DNA from: an uncultured Planctomycetaceae bacterium
GTDB taxonomy: Bacteria > Planctomycetota > Planctomycetia > Planctomycetales > Planctomycetaceae
Direction of reading: 5' to 3'
Length of the DNA stretch: 64,000 bases
Assembly (NCBI GenBank): GCA_963815195.1
Contig: CAWFGE010000008.1
Location: forward strand, 384,001-448,000
This document shows, in pieces, positions 1 to 10,389 of this stretch. The notes below the pieces were generated by a model. The model did not search any database. It had not been told where the DNA came from and was given only the letters and a program-made list of their open reading frames with translations. Made by a program: the position numbers and the translations under genes. Numbering within the stretch: position 1 is the stretch's first letter; each line of letters begins with the position of its first letter.

Positions 1-116
1 CGGCGGAGGCGGTCGAGGTATTCCTCAGCCAAGGCTTCGATCGGATCCCGCTCGGGATCGCGGGACTCGGTTTCCCGCGGCCGATCCGCTTTGTCGGTGT
101 TCCAGTTTTCAATCAT
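1..116 (-). CDS. N-terminus of probable serine/threonine protein kinase (runs off window)
   Basis: ATG at 116 gives MIENWNTDKADRPRETESRDPERDPIEALAEEYLDRLR, resembling the N-terminus of planctomycete kinases encoded right after ECF sigma genes. Confidence 0.55.
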   Translation of the reverse strand, partial: MIENWNTDKADRPRETESRDPERDPIEALAEEYLDRLR

Positions 117-156
117 GGGAAAGCCTTGCCTCTGTTTCGATCGCCCCGGCCGGCGA

Positions 157-819
157 TCAATGTCCCGAGGCGTTGGGATCGATATTCGCCGCGTCCAGGA
201 GTTGTTTCAAACGGCGGATGGCCCGCACATACCGGCCGCTCGCCGCGGATTCCTGAATGTCGAGCACCCGGGCCGTCTCCGCATTGTTGAGCTGCTCAAA
301 ATGCCGAAGCATCAGCACCTCGCGATCGATGGCATCCATCGCATTGAGCATCTGCTCGAGCTTCTGGCGAAGTTCATTGCGGACGGCCGCTTCGCTGGGG
401 CTGGTATATGTGCCCAGCAACTGGGCGGCTAAGATCGCCGAGGTCGCCTGCGGCGAAGGACCGCCGAACAACGAAACCTCTCGCTCCACGTCCCGCGATT
501 TGACATGGAAATGTTCGCGATGGATCTGCATCAGCTTTTGCATCGTCAGAAAACGAAGCCACAGGAAAAAGGGGATCTTCTCTTGCTGCCGAACATAGTC
601 AGGGAAGCGATTGGCAGCCTCGAGATACGCTTCCTGGAGAATGTCCGCCGGGTCGATTCGTCCCCGCAGACGCGGATCCATCCGGTACGCCGCGATCCGC
701 AGCAGTCGATCCTGGTCTTGCGTCAACAATCGTCCCAAAGCCTGAGGATCGCCCGCCGCGGCGCCTTGGACCAGGCGGGCGGTCTCCTCCGAATTGAATT
801 GGGCGTGGTGGTGGCTCAT
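157..819 (-). CDS. ECF-type RNA polymerase sigma-70 factor
   Basis: Region 2 (LRGRIDPADILQEAYLEA...FFLWLR) and region 4 (DREVLMLRHFEQLNNAETARVL) motifs; start chosen at MSHHH. Confidence 0.9.
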   Translation of the reverse strand: MSHHHAQFNSEETARLVQGAAAGDPQALGRLLTQDQDRLLRIAAYRMDPRLRGRIDPADILQEAYLEAANRFPDYVRQQEKIPFFLWLRFLTMQKLMQIHREHFHVKSRDVEREVSLFGGPSPQATSAILAAQLLGTYTSPSEAAVRNELRQKLEQMLNAMDAIDREVLMLRHFEQLNNAETARVLDIQESAASGRYVRAIRRLKQLLDAANIDPNASGH

Positions 820-910
820 CGGGCCGATCGGCTTCGGGACGTGAAACGGCAACCCGTTGTAGTTTATCAGGCGGGGCGGGAAAACACCCATTGCAAAACC
901 GTCGGCGAGC

Positions 911-1675
911 TCAATTCGATTTGACAGCAGATTGCGAGATCGCCGTGCTTTGAGGAAACGGAAAGAACTTGCGGGTCCGCCGGCGGTAGGCTTCGTACGC
1001 GTCGCCATAAGTTTTGATCAAGTCCCGCTCTTCGAAGGAAACGCCAATGATGATGTAGCCCGTCAACCCGACGGCGAACACCAGATGGCCCAGCGTCATG
1101 GTCGGGGTCGCCCAGATGCCCAAGAGAACCCCCGTCATCAGCGGGTGGCGGATCACTTTATAGATCGAGCGTTCGACGAAGCGGGGTGGCGTGTATTCCT
1201 TTCCCCGCAGGCAAAGATACACTTGCCGCAGCCCGAATAAATCAAAATGATCGATCAAAAACGAACTCACGAACAGCAGGGCCCAACCGGCCATCGACAC
1301 CGCAATGAGCAATGCCCGCATCACCGGCGGTTCGATGTGCCAGATTGTCGTCTTCATCGGTTGCCATTGCCAGAACAGCAGCAGCAAAACGCCGCTGGCC
1401 AACAGGACGAAAGTGCTCCGCTCCATAGGTTCGGGAAGCGTTTTTTTCCACCAGGCTTTGAAGCCGGGCCGGGCCATAATCGTATGCTGAACGGCGAACA
1501 GGCCGATGAGCAGCAAATCGACCACCGCAGCCGGCAAGGGAGAAATCTCGGCTCCCGTGTCGATGGATTTGGGAACCCAAAAATTCCCCACGAAGCCGAT
1601 CAGATACAGAATCGTGCCAAAAAATGCCAGGTAAGCCAGCAAGCCGTACAGAAAGATGGAAAAGCGTTTCGTCAT
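911..1675 (-). CDS. mddA: Methanethiol S-methyltransferase-like (isoprenylcysteine carboxyl methyltransferase family) membrane protein
   Basis: LFAVQHTIMARPGFK, ERSTFVL, DHFDLFGLRQV, YKVIRHPLM and EERDL motifs; multiple TM segments. Confidence 0.7.
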   Translation of the reverse strand: MTKRFSIFLYGLLAYLAFFGTILYLIGFVGNFWVPKSIDTGAEISPLPAAVVDLLLIGLFAVQHTIMARPGFKAWWKKTLPEPMERSTFVLLASGVLLLLFWQWQPMKTTIWHIEPPVMRALLIAVSMAGWALLFVSSFLIDHFDLFGLRQVYLCLRGKEYTPPRFVERSIYKVIRHPLMTGVLLGIWATPTMTLGHLVFAVGLTGYIIIGVSFEERDLIKTYGDAYEAYRRRTRKFFPFPQSTAISQSAVKSN

Positions 1676-1944
1676 GGAGAACTCCGGTTTTCGGGGAATG
1701 GGAATGGCGAATCGAGTGATGGAGATCACTCTCCCCGTTTAACTGCGCACCGTCGTTTTCCAGCACAAAAAAAATCAAATCACGGTAAATTGCCGGTTCC
1801 CCGGATTTTGTAACAACTGGTTGAGAATCGGGGATCGAGGATCCAGAATGCTCATCGACCGCGGCAGCGGCCGACCCGGCCAAACCGCATCCAACGACGC
1901 GGCCGTGCGACTAGGAGACTTGAGCCGACAGAGTCTTGAATGAC

Positions 1945-4900
1945 CTAAAACGGCTCTTCGACCATCACTTCCGACGGCAGTTCGCGGCATTTGTTGATCG
2001 TGCGATCGACCGTGTTTTCGACGGAGTTTAGGACGGTCTCATCCAAGACGTGCACGAGCAGCCGCTGCGAAAAGCGGTACAGATCCCAAAAACCCTCTTG
2101 CGTGTAATCGAGGGCATTGTGCACGAAGCAATGGCCGGGAAAATACGGGCGGCCTACGGCGTTCGCGATTTTTGCGTGCAGGCATTGGTTGCGATCCTGC
2201 ACCCAGTCCACGCCGCGATCGATCCGCTTCATGTTCCCCACCGACGAGAGGTTATAGTCCCAAACGGTGATGCCGGGCACGTCGCAGACCGCGACCGCTT
2301 GCGCAAAACACCGCCGGCAATGATCGCGGGAAAAGCGGTCCACGCGGTCCATGAAGTTCATCACCGGGTGTTTCTTGTGAAGCAACGGCCCGGCCGCCAG
2401 GTCCATCACCCGCCAGACGTTGATGTCCAGCGTGCTGAGCACGTTGTAGGCCATGTTGTTCAAATCCAGCCGGCAATCGGGACGGTTGATCGTCCAGGGC
2501 AAGTTCGGGTATTTCTCCCGGCACTTGTAATACAAGGGCCCCCAAGCCGCGAGGTCGATGTCCTCCCAGAACACGGGCTTCAAGTTCTCGGGAAGCGCCG
2601 CGAACTCGGGCTGCTCGAGCGGAGCAGGCGCGCAGGGTTCGTAAATTGTCCGCATCGCCGTCCCATCCATTTCGCAGGGGTTGTGCGGCGTGCCCGTCAT
2701 CTCAAGCAATGTCGGCGTCAAATCCGCGAGCCGGGCCGGTTCGTCGATCCGCGCACCCCGGCGGATGTTCGGACCGGACACAAACATCGTGGCATGCATC
2801 GAGTCGGAAAGCGGATAGCCGTGCATCGTGCCGCGGGATCCTTCGAGGCCGAAGTACCAGCCCGGCCGGGCCGTCACCACCAAATCAGCGGCGTATTCGC
2901 GTTCGCGGTACACCAGGTTGTCCTGCCAAAGCAAATGGCGAGACAGCGTGACGACGCTGTCGGGATACTCTGTGGGCGTGGTCATCTTCAGCCAGGTCCG
3001 CTCGTCATAATATTCCGCGAGCTGCTCCGGCGTGTAAAACGCCCTGAGTCCCAGCGGATCGCAGGCCGGCTGCTCGACGGGCGTAAAGCACACCTGCCCA
3101 TCGGCGGTCGGGGCCACGTTCGCGACGACGGTGTAGCGATACCACCACTTGCCGTCCTCGCGAAGCTGGCGGTCGATCACGGCCTGGCCGCGGTCGGCGG
3201 TAGAGATCAAAATCGAGCAGTCGCTCAGCCGCAGCATCACGAGGTCGATGGGGCTTTGCTGATAGCCGCTGCCGTGGATGGCTTGAATGCTCTGAAGGGA
3301 ATCCACAAGGTTCACCGGCGGCAAATGCGGTGCGATGCGGTAGGCCAACAAGTCTCCGGGACGATAGGGGGCGAGCCAGTCTTTGGAATGATAATGTCCC
3401 CGCGGCAGGAAAATCCGCGCGGCCCCGTCGGAATCGCCGTCGATGAACACAAACTCCCGGCCCGAATCTCCCGGGTGCTTGCTCCACACGCGATGCAGCC
3501 GGACCGACAACCCCAGTCCGCCGCCCACCCAGCAGCCGCCTTTCGAGAGTTTGCGGGGATGATAAAAAAACTGGTGGGCCAGGTCGAAATGCGAAAGGTG
3601 CGTGTTCCGCCCGCCGTGGTGTCCGTGATCGCTCACCAACAAGAAGTATGTCCGGCAAAGGCGGTTCTGGTCGCGGATCTGCTGGACGACCTGGCCGATG
3701 AGTTCGTCGGCGCGGGCGATCGTCCGGCGGGTGATGCCGAACTGCCCCCGGCTCCGCTTGTGGCTGATCGAGTCCGTCTCCGGCAGCCAGATGATCGTCA
3801 CGGGCTTTTCGTTGTCGATCAGATGGGTCTGGGCGTAATGGATGTTCGCATCGTCGATGTAGTTGTAGGCTTCGTGCATGTGAAACATCGGCATCGAACG
3901 CACGAGGCTCCGGCTCCACAAGATCGGGGGCATCTCGGTCATCATCGGCAGGGCCCCCGTCGCCCAGTCGCCGCCGTTGTTTCTCAGATGGGCAAACAGC
4001 GGCGGGACTCCCGTGCAGGTGCTCATCAAGTATTGCGTCTTCGCGTCGGCTCCGTTGACGAGCCCCACCGTGTTGGCTTTCGCATTGTGGACGATCTTGT
4101 CGACGCACTGCGGCGAGAGCAGCTTCGCGCTGCGGTTGGGTCCCAAGGGTTCGAGATACGATTGGCTGTGCAAAGTTTTCCGGCTGAAGCGGACCTGGCC
4201 TTTCAGCCCGTGCCGATCCGAAAAACAGCCCGTCCACATCGTGCCGTTGGAGGTGATCGTGTCGGAGGGGAACGCGGTGAAGCAGTTCTTCAGATAGCAT
4301 CCGCCTTCGAGAAACAGCGACCGGATGTTGGGCAGATGCCCCATCGCGGCCATTTCCTGAACCACGTCGGGACGCAGTCCGTCGATGTAAAACACGATCA
4401 CCTGCGAGCCGGCGACCGGCGCTCCGGGAAGTGCATCCGGCGGGACGACGTCCTGCAACGCGATCGGCTGCGGCTGCTGGGGCTTGGTGATGGACGCCTC
4501 GAACTGGCCCGTGTTGTCGGAGAAATCAAAATCATTGACGCCCAGCCACAGCGGACCCGAAGAGCGGGCGATCCAGCTTTTTCCCCGGCCGACGAAGAAC
4601 GCGGGGCCGTCTCCGATGCGCCCCATCAAGCAATAACACGGAGCCGGCCCGCCCGCGGCACTGGGCAGCGGGAAATTCTGAAACGCGACGTCGTCGCCAT
4701 AAAGATAAAGCCCTTCGGGACCCGTTCGAGTGGGGCGGTCGCGGTCGCAGCAGGCGGGGTCGCGAAACTGCACCACGCCGTCCGCCGTGATCGTGATCGC
4801 TTCCCCGGCGTGGACTTCGATCGGCGTCGAAACCCAGCCGGCGTTCCCCGGCACGGCGAACACATCGCCGGGCGAAACCTGGGGCCCGGGCACCAACAGC

Positions 4901-5169
4901 TCCGCGCACGAGCGGGCCGGCGATTCGTGAGAACACCCGCCCGCCCACAAGCCGCCTGCGGCCAAAGCGGCAAGGCCAACGAGCCTGCAGAACAATCCAG
5001 CGAGCTTCGCTTGTCGAGGGTGATAATCCAAAAGTCTCTCCCAAAGCGAGTCGAGTCGTTTGCCCGTTGGCCCATCTGGGGCGTGAAACCACTGAGCCAA
5101 TCCACGGCCGCCGGTCGGTCGCTCATAAAAGCTGCCAGCCAGACAATCCGGCGAACCGCGCCACGGCAT
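1945..5169 (-). CDS. Alkaline-phosphatase-superfamily nucleotide pyrophosphatase/phosphodiesterase with N-terminal PA-IL/LecA-like domain (start uncertain)
   Basis: IDGLRPD, FPSDTITSNGTMWTG, ETDSISH, VSDHG and TMHG motifs; N-terminal GW.STPIEV...LMGRIG...LWLGVND...DNTG; hydrophobic stretch ending AGGC (possible lipobox). Confidence 0.75.
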   Translation of the reverse strand: MPWRGSPDCLAGSFYERPTGGRGLAQWFHAPDGPTGKRLDSLWERLLDYHPRQAKLAGLFCRLVGLAALAAGGLWAGGCSHESPARSCAELLVPGPQVSPGDVFAVPGNAGWVSTPIEVHAGEAITITADGVVQFRDPACCDRDRPTRTGPEGLYLYGDDVAFQNFPLPSAAGGPAPCYCLMGRIGDGPAFFVGRGKSWIARSSGPLWLGVNDFDFSDNTGQFEASITKPQQPQPIALQDVVPPDALPGAPVAGSQVIVFYIDGLRPDVVQEMAAMGHLPNIRSLFLEGGCYLKNCFTAFPSDTITSNGTMWTGCFSDRHGLKGQVRFSRKTLHSQSYLEPLGPNRSAKLLSPQCVDKIVHNAKANTVGLVNGADAKTQYLMSTCTGVPPLFAHLRNNGGDWATGALPMMTEMPPILWSRSLVRSMPMFHMHEAYNYIDDANIHYAQTHLIDNEKPVTIIWLPETDSISHKRSRGQFGITRRTIARADELIGQVVQQIRDQNRLCRTYFLLVSDHGHHGGRNTHLSHFDLAHQFFYHPRKLSKGGCWVGGGLGLSVRLHRVWSKHPGDSGREFVFIDGDSDGAARIFLPRGHYHSKDWLAPYRPGDLLAYRIAPHLPPVNLVDSLQSIQAIHGSGYQQSPIDLVMLRLSDCSILISTADRGQAVIDRQLREDGKWWYRYTVVANVAPTADGQVCFTPVEQPACDPLGLRAFYTPEQLAEYYDERTWLKMTTPTEYPDSVVTLSRHLLWQDNLVYREREYAADLVVTARPGWYFGLEGSRGTMHGYPLSDSMHATMFVSGPNIRRGARIDEPARLADLTPTLLEMTGTPHNPCEMDGTAMRTIYEPCAPAPLEQPEFAALPENLKPVFWEDIDLAAWGPLYYKCREKYPNLPWTINRPDCRLDLNNMAYNVLSTLDINVWRVMDLAAGPLLHKKHPVMNFMDRVDRFSRDHCRRCFAQAVAVCDVPGITVWDYNLSSVGNMKRIDRGVDWVQDRNQCLHAKIANAVGRPYFPGHCFVHNALDYTQEGFWDLYRFSQRLLVHVLDETVLNSVENTVDRTINKCRELPSEVMVEEPF

Positions 5170-5429
5170 GCGACCGATTCCGCAAGGAAAATCGTCACGG
5201 GCGGACCGCGGCCATCATGCAAATCGAAGCGCATGCCCTCTGCGGACCCGGTCCCGCGCGGGGAAAACGCCTTAACCCTATCGCAAGGATTTGACGGTTT
5301 GGAGAAACCTTGCCGGTTCTACGGCTTCTTCGGGGACGAAGGCGAGCGTGGGGCGTAAGCCCCATGAACATCCCAAATCAAATCGAGAATCTTAGCCGGC
5401 TCGACTCAAACCCCACCAAAAGGCCATTT

Positions 5430-7019
5430 TCACACAATCTCCACGTACGGTTTGATATCCGACGGCTTGCGGGCACGCACGCGGGAGTTGAGCACCTGGA
5501 CGGCTCCCCGATACATCGCGGGCATGTTGACGAGCACGGAGACGCTCGCCAACACGAGCAGGATCCCGATCACCTGCTGGGCCAGATCGTTCGCACGCAT
5601 GGACAAATACAGGCTCGTGTTGTAGGGATCGAGCACTTGCAGCAAATGGAAGCCGTTGCGGTGAATATCGATGACTTCGCTCACATCCAACAGCGGCGGA
5701 CCGACGATGGCGGCCATCAAGATCAGGAACGTGACGACGCGGGCATGGGCGGGTTTGACGATCTCGGAGACGGCCTGCCCCCACCGCGCAAGCGCGGTGT
5801 TGATCCCGCCGTAAATGATGAGCTGCAGACTTACGGCGGTGATTGCCGTCAGCCGCCGGTCCTGGCCCTGGAAGGCGATCCAGGTTTTCTCCCAAACGCC
5901 GCTGCCGACCCAGCCGCTGCGGGCGAAGTTGGACATGCCGACGGCAAACAGCCCCCACAGCGCGACGACGTTGATCAGCAGGAACGCATACCCCCGCGAC
6001 CCGCCGGGCAGGAACGGGAGCATCAAGCACCGCAGGAGCTGGCTCTTGGGAAACCCGCGGCGGATGCGGCGGGACAGGCTGTCCCTCTCCGCCGTGAACG
6101 CCAGACCGAACGCCGCCCAATGCGCCAGCGAAAGCGCCGCGAGCACGACGAAGACGTGGTAGTCCGCATGAATGCCGTTCCACTGGCAATAGCCGAACGC
6201 CACGAGCCAGAGCAGCCAGAACTGCGCGGCCGCGGTGATGCGGATCCGCGTGCTGTGGTTGGCGGATTCGAATGTGAGATTGGCGGTCGCAATTTGCTGG
6301 AACAGAACAAAGTACGACGCCATCACCAACAGGGCCGCGAGGTTGACCTGCCAGAACATCGAGTTGGTGATGGGGATCCGCGTTTCAAACGTGACCACGA
6401 TCATCAATTGGACCGCCATGGGCACCACCCACACCAGTTGCCCCAAGAGGATCACCCACATCAATCCCTGCGACGCCCGCTGCTTGGCGAGGGTGCTCAT
6501 CATCAGCGAGGCCATCGAGAGCATCACCGAGATCAGAATCGTCACGACCAGGACGTACGCCGCGCGCGGGGCGTCGAAGCCCTGCATCGTCGAGGCGAAT
6601 GCCATGAACGGCGTGATCGCCGAGTAATAGATCAGGCACTGCACCAGGGACGACAGCAGCTTGCCCCGCACGATTTGCTGCGGGGTGATCGTGGTCACGC
6701 TGAGAATCTCGAACGTGTTGAAGTCCCGCTCGGCCTGCAGGCTGCGAAACGTGCCGAAGGGCACGATCAACAGCGTCGCGGCGGCGAGCGCCAGATAAAA
6801 CCCCACGAAGAAATACCGCCCCGCCGGTCCGTATTGAATCTGCGGCCCGAACATCAAGAGTCCAAACACCGACACCAGCCAGGCCACCGTCACCAACAGC
6901 ATGAAGGTGATCACGAACTGCTTGCTCTTCAGCGATTGCCGCAACTCCTTCACCAGAATCGGATTCGCCCAATCCACAATCCGAAACAGCCAGGTCGACT
7001 TGGCTTCCAACGTGCTCAT
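5430..7019 (-). CDS. ABC-2-type permease-like integral membrane protein
   Basis: NPILVKELRQSLK and ERDFNTFEILSVTTITPQQIVRGKL motifs; many TM helices. Confidence 0.7.
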   Translation of the reverse strand: MSTLEAKSTWLFRIVDWANPILVKELRQSLKSKQFVITFMLLVTVAWLVSVFGLLMFGPQIQYGPAGRYFFVGFYLALAAATLLIVPFGTFRSLQAERDFNTFEILSVTTITPQQIVRGKLLSSLVQCLIYYSAITPFMAFASTMQGFDAPRAAYVLVVTILISVMLSMASLMMSTLAKQRASQGLMWVILLGQLVWVVPMAVQLMIVVTFETRIPITNSMFWQVNLAALLVMASYFVLFQQIATANLTFESANHSTRIRITAAAQFWLLWLVAFGYCQWNGIHADYHVFVVLAALSLAHWAAFGLAFTAERDSLSRRIRRGFPKSQLLRCLMLPFLPGGSRGYAFLLINVVALWGLFAVGMSNFARSGWVGSGVWEKTWIAFQGQDRRLTAITAVSLQLIIYGGINTALARWGQAVSEIVKPAHARVVTFLILMAAIVGPPLLDVSEVIDIHRNGFHLLQVLDPYNTSLYLSMRANDLAQQVIGILLVLASVSVLVNMPAMYRGAVQVLNSRVRARKPSDIKPYVEIV

Positions 7020-7044
7020 CGATCGTTTTGTCCTATGAAATATG

Positions 7045-7421
7045 GGAACCGGAATGGCGATGGCGTCCGGTTTATTTGATGAACCGGGGCGGTGCCCCCC
7101 TGCGGCTGATAATCTCAAACTGTCAGTCGAAAGTGGACGGGGTGGCTGGGGCGCAAAGGAAGGTTCCGAGGAAAAAGGAGATTTAAGATCTGGGGCCGTG
7201 CCAGATTTTTCTCGCCCGGTGACAGCCCCAGCATTCGCAATTCAAGCCTTATTCCACGGGGGGTTTGCACCCAGCCACCCAAACGCTTACACTTTGAGTA
7301 ATAATGCTTCCGTCATCATAGCAATTCCCCGCCGGGGTTGCTCAAGTGTTTCCGGCAACGAAACGCAGCGGCGGCATCTTGCCGCCGGGGGTCGATCTCC
7401 GGCGGCTGGAAGCCGCCGTTA
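7045..7421. repeat. Cluster of REP-like imperfect palindromes
   Basis: GAACCGGGGCGGTGCCCCCCTGCGGCTG (7081); GGGTGGCTGGG...CCCAGCCACCC inverted pair (7140/7280); GCGGCGGCATCTTGCCGCC...GGCGGCTGGAAGCCGCCG (7368-7418). Confidence 0.55.
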
Positions 7422-7444
7422 CCGGAGAAACGAAGAAACTTAGA

Positions 7445-8044
7445 CTACCGATACAGCCCGTGCTCGGCGATGTAAACTTCCACCGCCCGGGGCAGCATGT
7501 AGCGGATGCTTTTGCCGTCCCGCACTCGGCGGCGAATGTCCGTGGCGGAGAGATCGATCCCCGGCATCGTCACCAACTCCACCCGGGCTGCGATTTTTTC
7601 GCCGAGACGCCGGGTGAGTTCCTCCCGGCTCGGCAAAGGCCGATCGCCGCGGTTGACCGCGACCACCGTCGCCAGCTCCACAATGCGTTCCGGCTCCCGC
7701 CAACTCGGCAGGTCCGCCAGCGAATCGCCGCCGATGAGAAAGAACAACTCATCCTCCGGGCGGTCGGCGTGCAGTTCCTCGAGCGTATCGACCGTGTAGG
7801 TCTTGCCCGCGCGCGAGAGTTCCATGCGGTTCACGATCAGCTCGGCATGACCGGCCGTCGCAAACTCCAACATCTCCGCCCGCTGCCCGCCCGTTGAGAT
7901 CGCGGCGTCCGTCTTGTGCGGCGGCAAACCGGCCGGCAAGAGCCACACCTGATCCAGCCGGCATTGCTCCCGGCACTGCTCCGCCATCAGCAAATGCCCC
8001 CAATGCACCGGATCAAAAGTCCCCCCAAACACGCCGAGCCGCAT
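7445..8044 (-). CDS. nadD: Nicotinate-nucleotide adenylyltransferase
   Basis: GGTFDPVHWGH, PPHK, YTVDTL, FLIGGDSL and SATDIRRR motifs. Confidence 0.95.
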   Translation of the reverse strand: MRLGVFGGTFDPVHWGHLLMAEQCREQCRLDQVWLLPAGLPPHKTDAAISTGGQRAEMLEFATAGHAELIVNRMELSRAGKTYTVDTLEELHADRPEDELFFLIGGDSLADLPSWREPERIVELATVVAVNRGDRPLPSREELTRRLGEKIAARVELVTMPGIDLSATDIRRRVRDGKSIRYMLPRAVEVYIAEHGLYR

Positions 8045-8087
8045 GGTCTGTTTTCCTTTGGATGACTCCGTCGAACGTTGATACCTT

Positions 8088-8395
8088 GAGAGCCGCGCAC
8101 GAAGTAAGCGGTTTTGCATTCAAAGATCTTAAATCTTAAGTGCTGATCCGAAATCCAGTCCGCAGCGCAAGCAAGGGTTTTCACGTCTTTGTACTGCCTC
8201 GCTTGCACTTTGTGAAGTTGCGCATTTCCGGAGTCGCGAAGCGGCTGCCGAGGCGCAATTTCAAAACTCGCGCTTCGGGCTAATTTGGAAACCAAGTTTT
8301 TGGATGGTTCTTAGACCGCTTACTTCGTGCGCGGCTCTCGCCTTTTTATTCTTAGTTCTTAGACCGCTTACTTCGTGCGCGGCTCTCGCCTTTTT
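8088..8395. repeat. REP-like element: one inverted copy plus two tandem copies
   Basis: 41-bp GTTCTTAGACCGCTTACTTCGTGCGCGGCTCTCGCCTTTTT at 8307-8347 and 8355-8395; its core is inverted at 8088-8112 (GAGAGCCGCGCACGAAGTAAGCGGT). Confidence 0.85.
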
Positions 8396-8406
8396 GACAT
8401 TCAAAC

Positions 8407-8441
8407 AAAAACTCGCGGAATCTCCAAATGGATTCCGCGAG
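8407..8441 (-). terminator. Intrinsic terminator after the prenyltransferase-repeat gene
   Basis: 11-bp stem CTCGCGGAATC/GATTCCGCGAG followed by a T-run on the minus strand. Confidence 0.7.
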
Positions 8442-8474
8442 CGTTTTGATTTTGGAGGAGCGAAGAGCCTGGCC

Positions 8475-9580
8475 TTATTTGCTGCCGGCGGGTTGGCAGT
8501 GGCTGAGGGCCATCAGGCTGTAGGCGGTCACGAGGTTGGGATCGCCTTCGTACCAGCGGTCGGCCGAGTTCACCCAACTCCCATTGTCGCGCTGGAGATC
8601 GGCGAGCTTTTCGATCATATCTTTCCGCCAGTTGTGCTTTTCGCCCTGGGCGTCGGTGAGGGTCTTCTCGCCCAAAACGTCCAGCGTCTTGGCGAAGGTG
8701 TGGTAATAATAGAACTGCCCCGCTTTGCCCATGCCGGGGTTTTCATCGAGCGTGTAGTGTTTGGTGATCCATTCCAGGGCCGCCTTCACGCGAGGATCTT
8801 TGGGAGTCAGACCCGCGTAGATCATGCTCTTGAGGCCGGCGTAGGTCATGGACGCATAGGACCTTAATCCGCCGTCGGGCGTTTTGCCGGCTTGCGACGA
8901 TCCGCCCGCAGCCGGGGTGTAATAGAAGCCGCCGTCGTTGACCTTGGCGGCGAAGGGGGTGGTGTTGTATTCGGTTTCCAAGTTTTGCGAGCGGGACACG
9001 AAGACGAGCGCCTTCTTGAACGCCGGGTCGTCTTGGGAAGCGCCGCGGCTTTGAGGGCTTCGAGCAGAAACTGCGTGTTGGACAAATCGGGCCGGCTGCT
9101 GCCGCCGTAGCCCGCGCCGCCGTAAGCCGTGTCGGAGGTTTCCAGTCCTTCGCCTTCGTCCCATTGGAGTTCCCGCAGGAACTTCTCGGCGTTTTTGATG
9201 ATGTCGGCGTACTTCTTTTTATCCGCGTTGCTGAAGGCCATCAGCGAGATGCAGGTCTCGTAGTTGCGGTGCGTGCTTTTGGGCGTATAGATGCCGCCGT
9301 CTTTCTGGACGAACGATTTGAGATTCTTGAGTCCCTTCTGCACGGCGGGATCGCTTTCCGGGACGCCCGCTTCCAGAAGGCCGTTGAGCACCAGCCCGGT
9401 GATGCCTACGGTTTTCGTGGTGGTCCAACTGCCGTCGTCGCTCTGCGAGGATTTTAAATAATCAATCCCCTGCTTCATCATTTTTTCCCGCTTGGCTTCC
9501 AGGTCATCTGCCGCCACCGCTTGCGAGCAGACCGCCGCGAGCAGTGCGGGCACCAGCATTCGTTTGGAGATTTGCATCAT
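8475..9580 (-). pseudogene. Prenyltransferase/squalene-oxidase repeat protein, frameshifted near 9044 (possibly a sequencing error)
   Basis: Signal peptide and QSDDGSW / QKDGG / QRDNGSW repeats split over ORFs 8864-9640 and 8475-9164; adding one G restores EALKAAGASQDDP. Confidence 0.8.
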
Positions 9581-9852
9581 GGAGGTTTGTCCTTTGTCCA
9601 TTGAAATGGGTTCGTTGTTTCGTTGATGATACCGACGCACGGTGATCGCTGTATAGGTGGAACGGGATCACCATTGCAACTCGCATGCCCATCTTCAAGT
9701 TTGGGACGGTTCGAGCACGAGGAATGCTTGTTTTATCGGAGATTGGCGGGTTTTGAGGAAATCACCACGCAGGCACGAAGAATTTCGATGCCGTGGAGCC
9801 TGGCGGGATTTTCAGCGCGCGTGGACAGTTTTCCGCCGGGGTTCCACGCGGC

Positions 9853-10389
9853 TCAAAGCGAGCCCTCGTTCTCCCCAAAGCCGATGTACTCCCCACACAC
9901 CGGGCACGAGAGCTGGGTCACGCCGCCGTGAAGGAAGAGCAGCATTGCCAGGCTCGCGTGGCCGTGCAGCGCCGCCAGGGTCGCCAGCAACTCCTGCGAG
10001 TCGGAAGGCTCCCAGCCCGCCTCTTTCAAAGTCTCGGCGGTCAGCCGCCGGGCTTCCTCGACAGCCGCGAGAAATTCCCCGCGCCATTCGTCCGGCAGCG
10101 GAGGGGCCTGAGTGGGAGAGGACAGCCGCGCCGCCTGGACCGTGCCCACAATGCTCAAAGGCCAGACCCGTCTCTTGAGATCGGCCGCTCGGGCGATCTC
10201 GACCAGATGGGGGACTGCCACATAAGCGACGGGCCCAACGGTGAATTGATGGCACACCTGGTGGTACAACTCGGCATACGCCGAGTCGTCGCCCGCTCGT
10301 GCCTCGCGAAGCAACTTCACCGCGAGGGCGCTGCTGCGGCTACAACTCGCAGGGATGTCGGCCCACCGCGGCGAATCGAGATCCAACAT
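9853..10389 (-). CDS. Hypothetical protein (helical, C-terminal CPVC)
   Basis: Natural-looking ORF MLDLDSPRW...LYHQVCHQFTV...AVPHLV with GGAGG upstream. Confidence 0.65.
   Translation of the reverse strand: MLDLDSPRWADIPASCSRSSALAVKLLREARAGDDSAYAELYHQVCHQFTVGPVAYVAVPHLVEIARAADLKRRVWPLSIVGTVQAARLSSPTQAPPLPDEWRGEFLAAVEEARRLTAETLKEAGWEPSDSQELLATLAALHGHASLAMLLFLHGGVTQLSCPVCGEYIGFGENEGSL

Noticed and set aside
2050..7079. Very long plus-strand ORFs 2050-5358 and 5310-7079
   Set aside because: Antisense shadows of clear minus-strand genes in GC-rich DNA, with no recognisable motifs.
8307..8395. Possible CRISPR array
   Set aside because: Only two tandem copies with a 7-bp gap, plus an inverted copy and no cas genes; fits a REP-like repeat.
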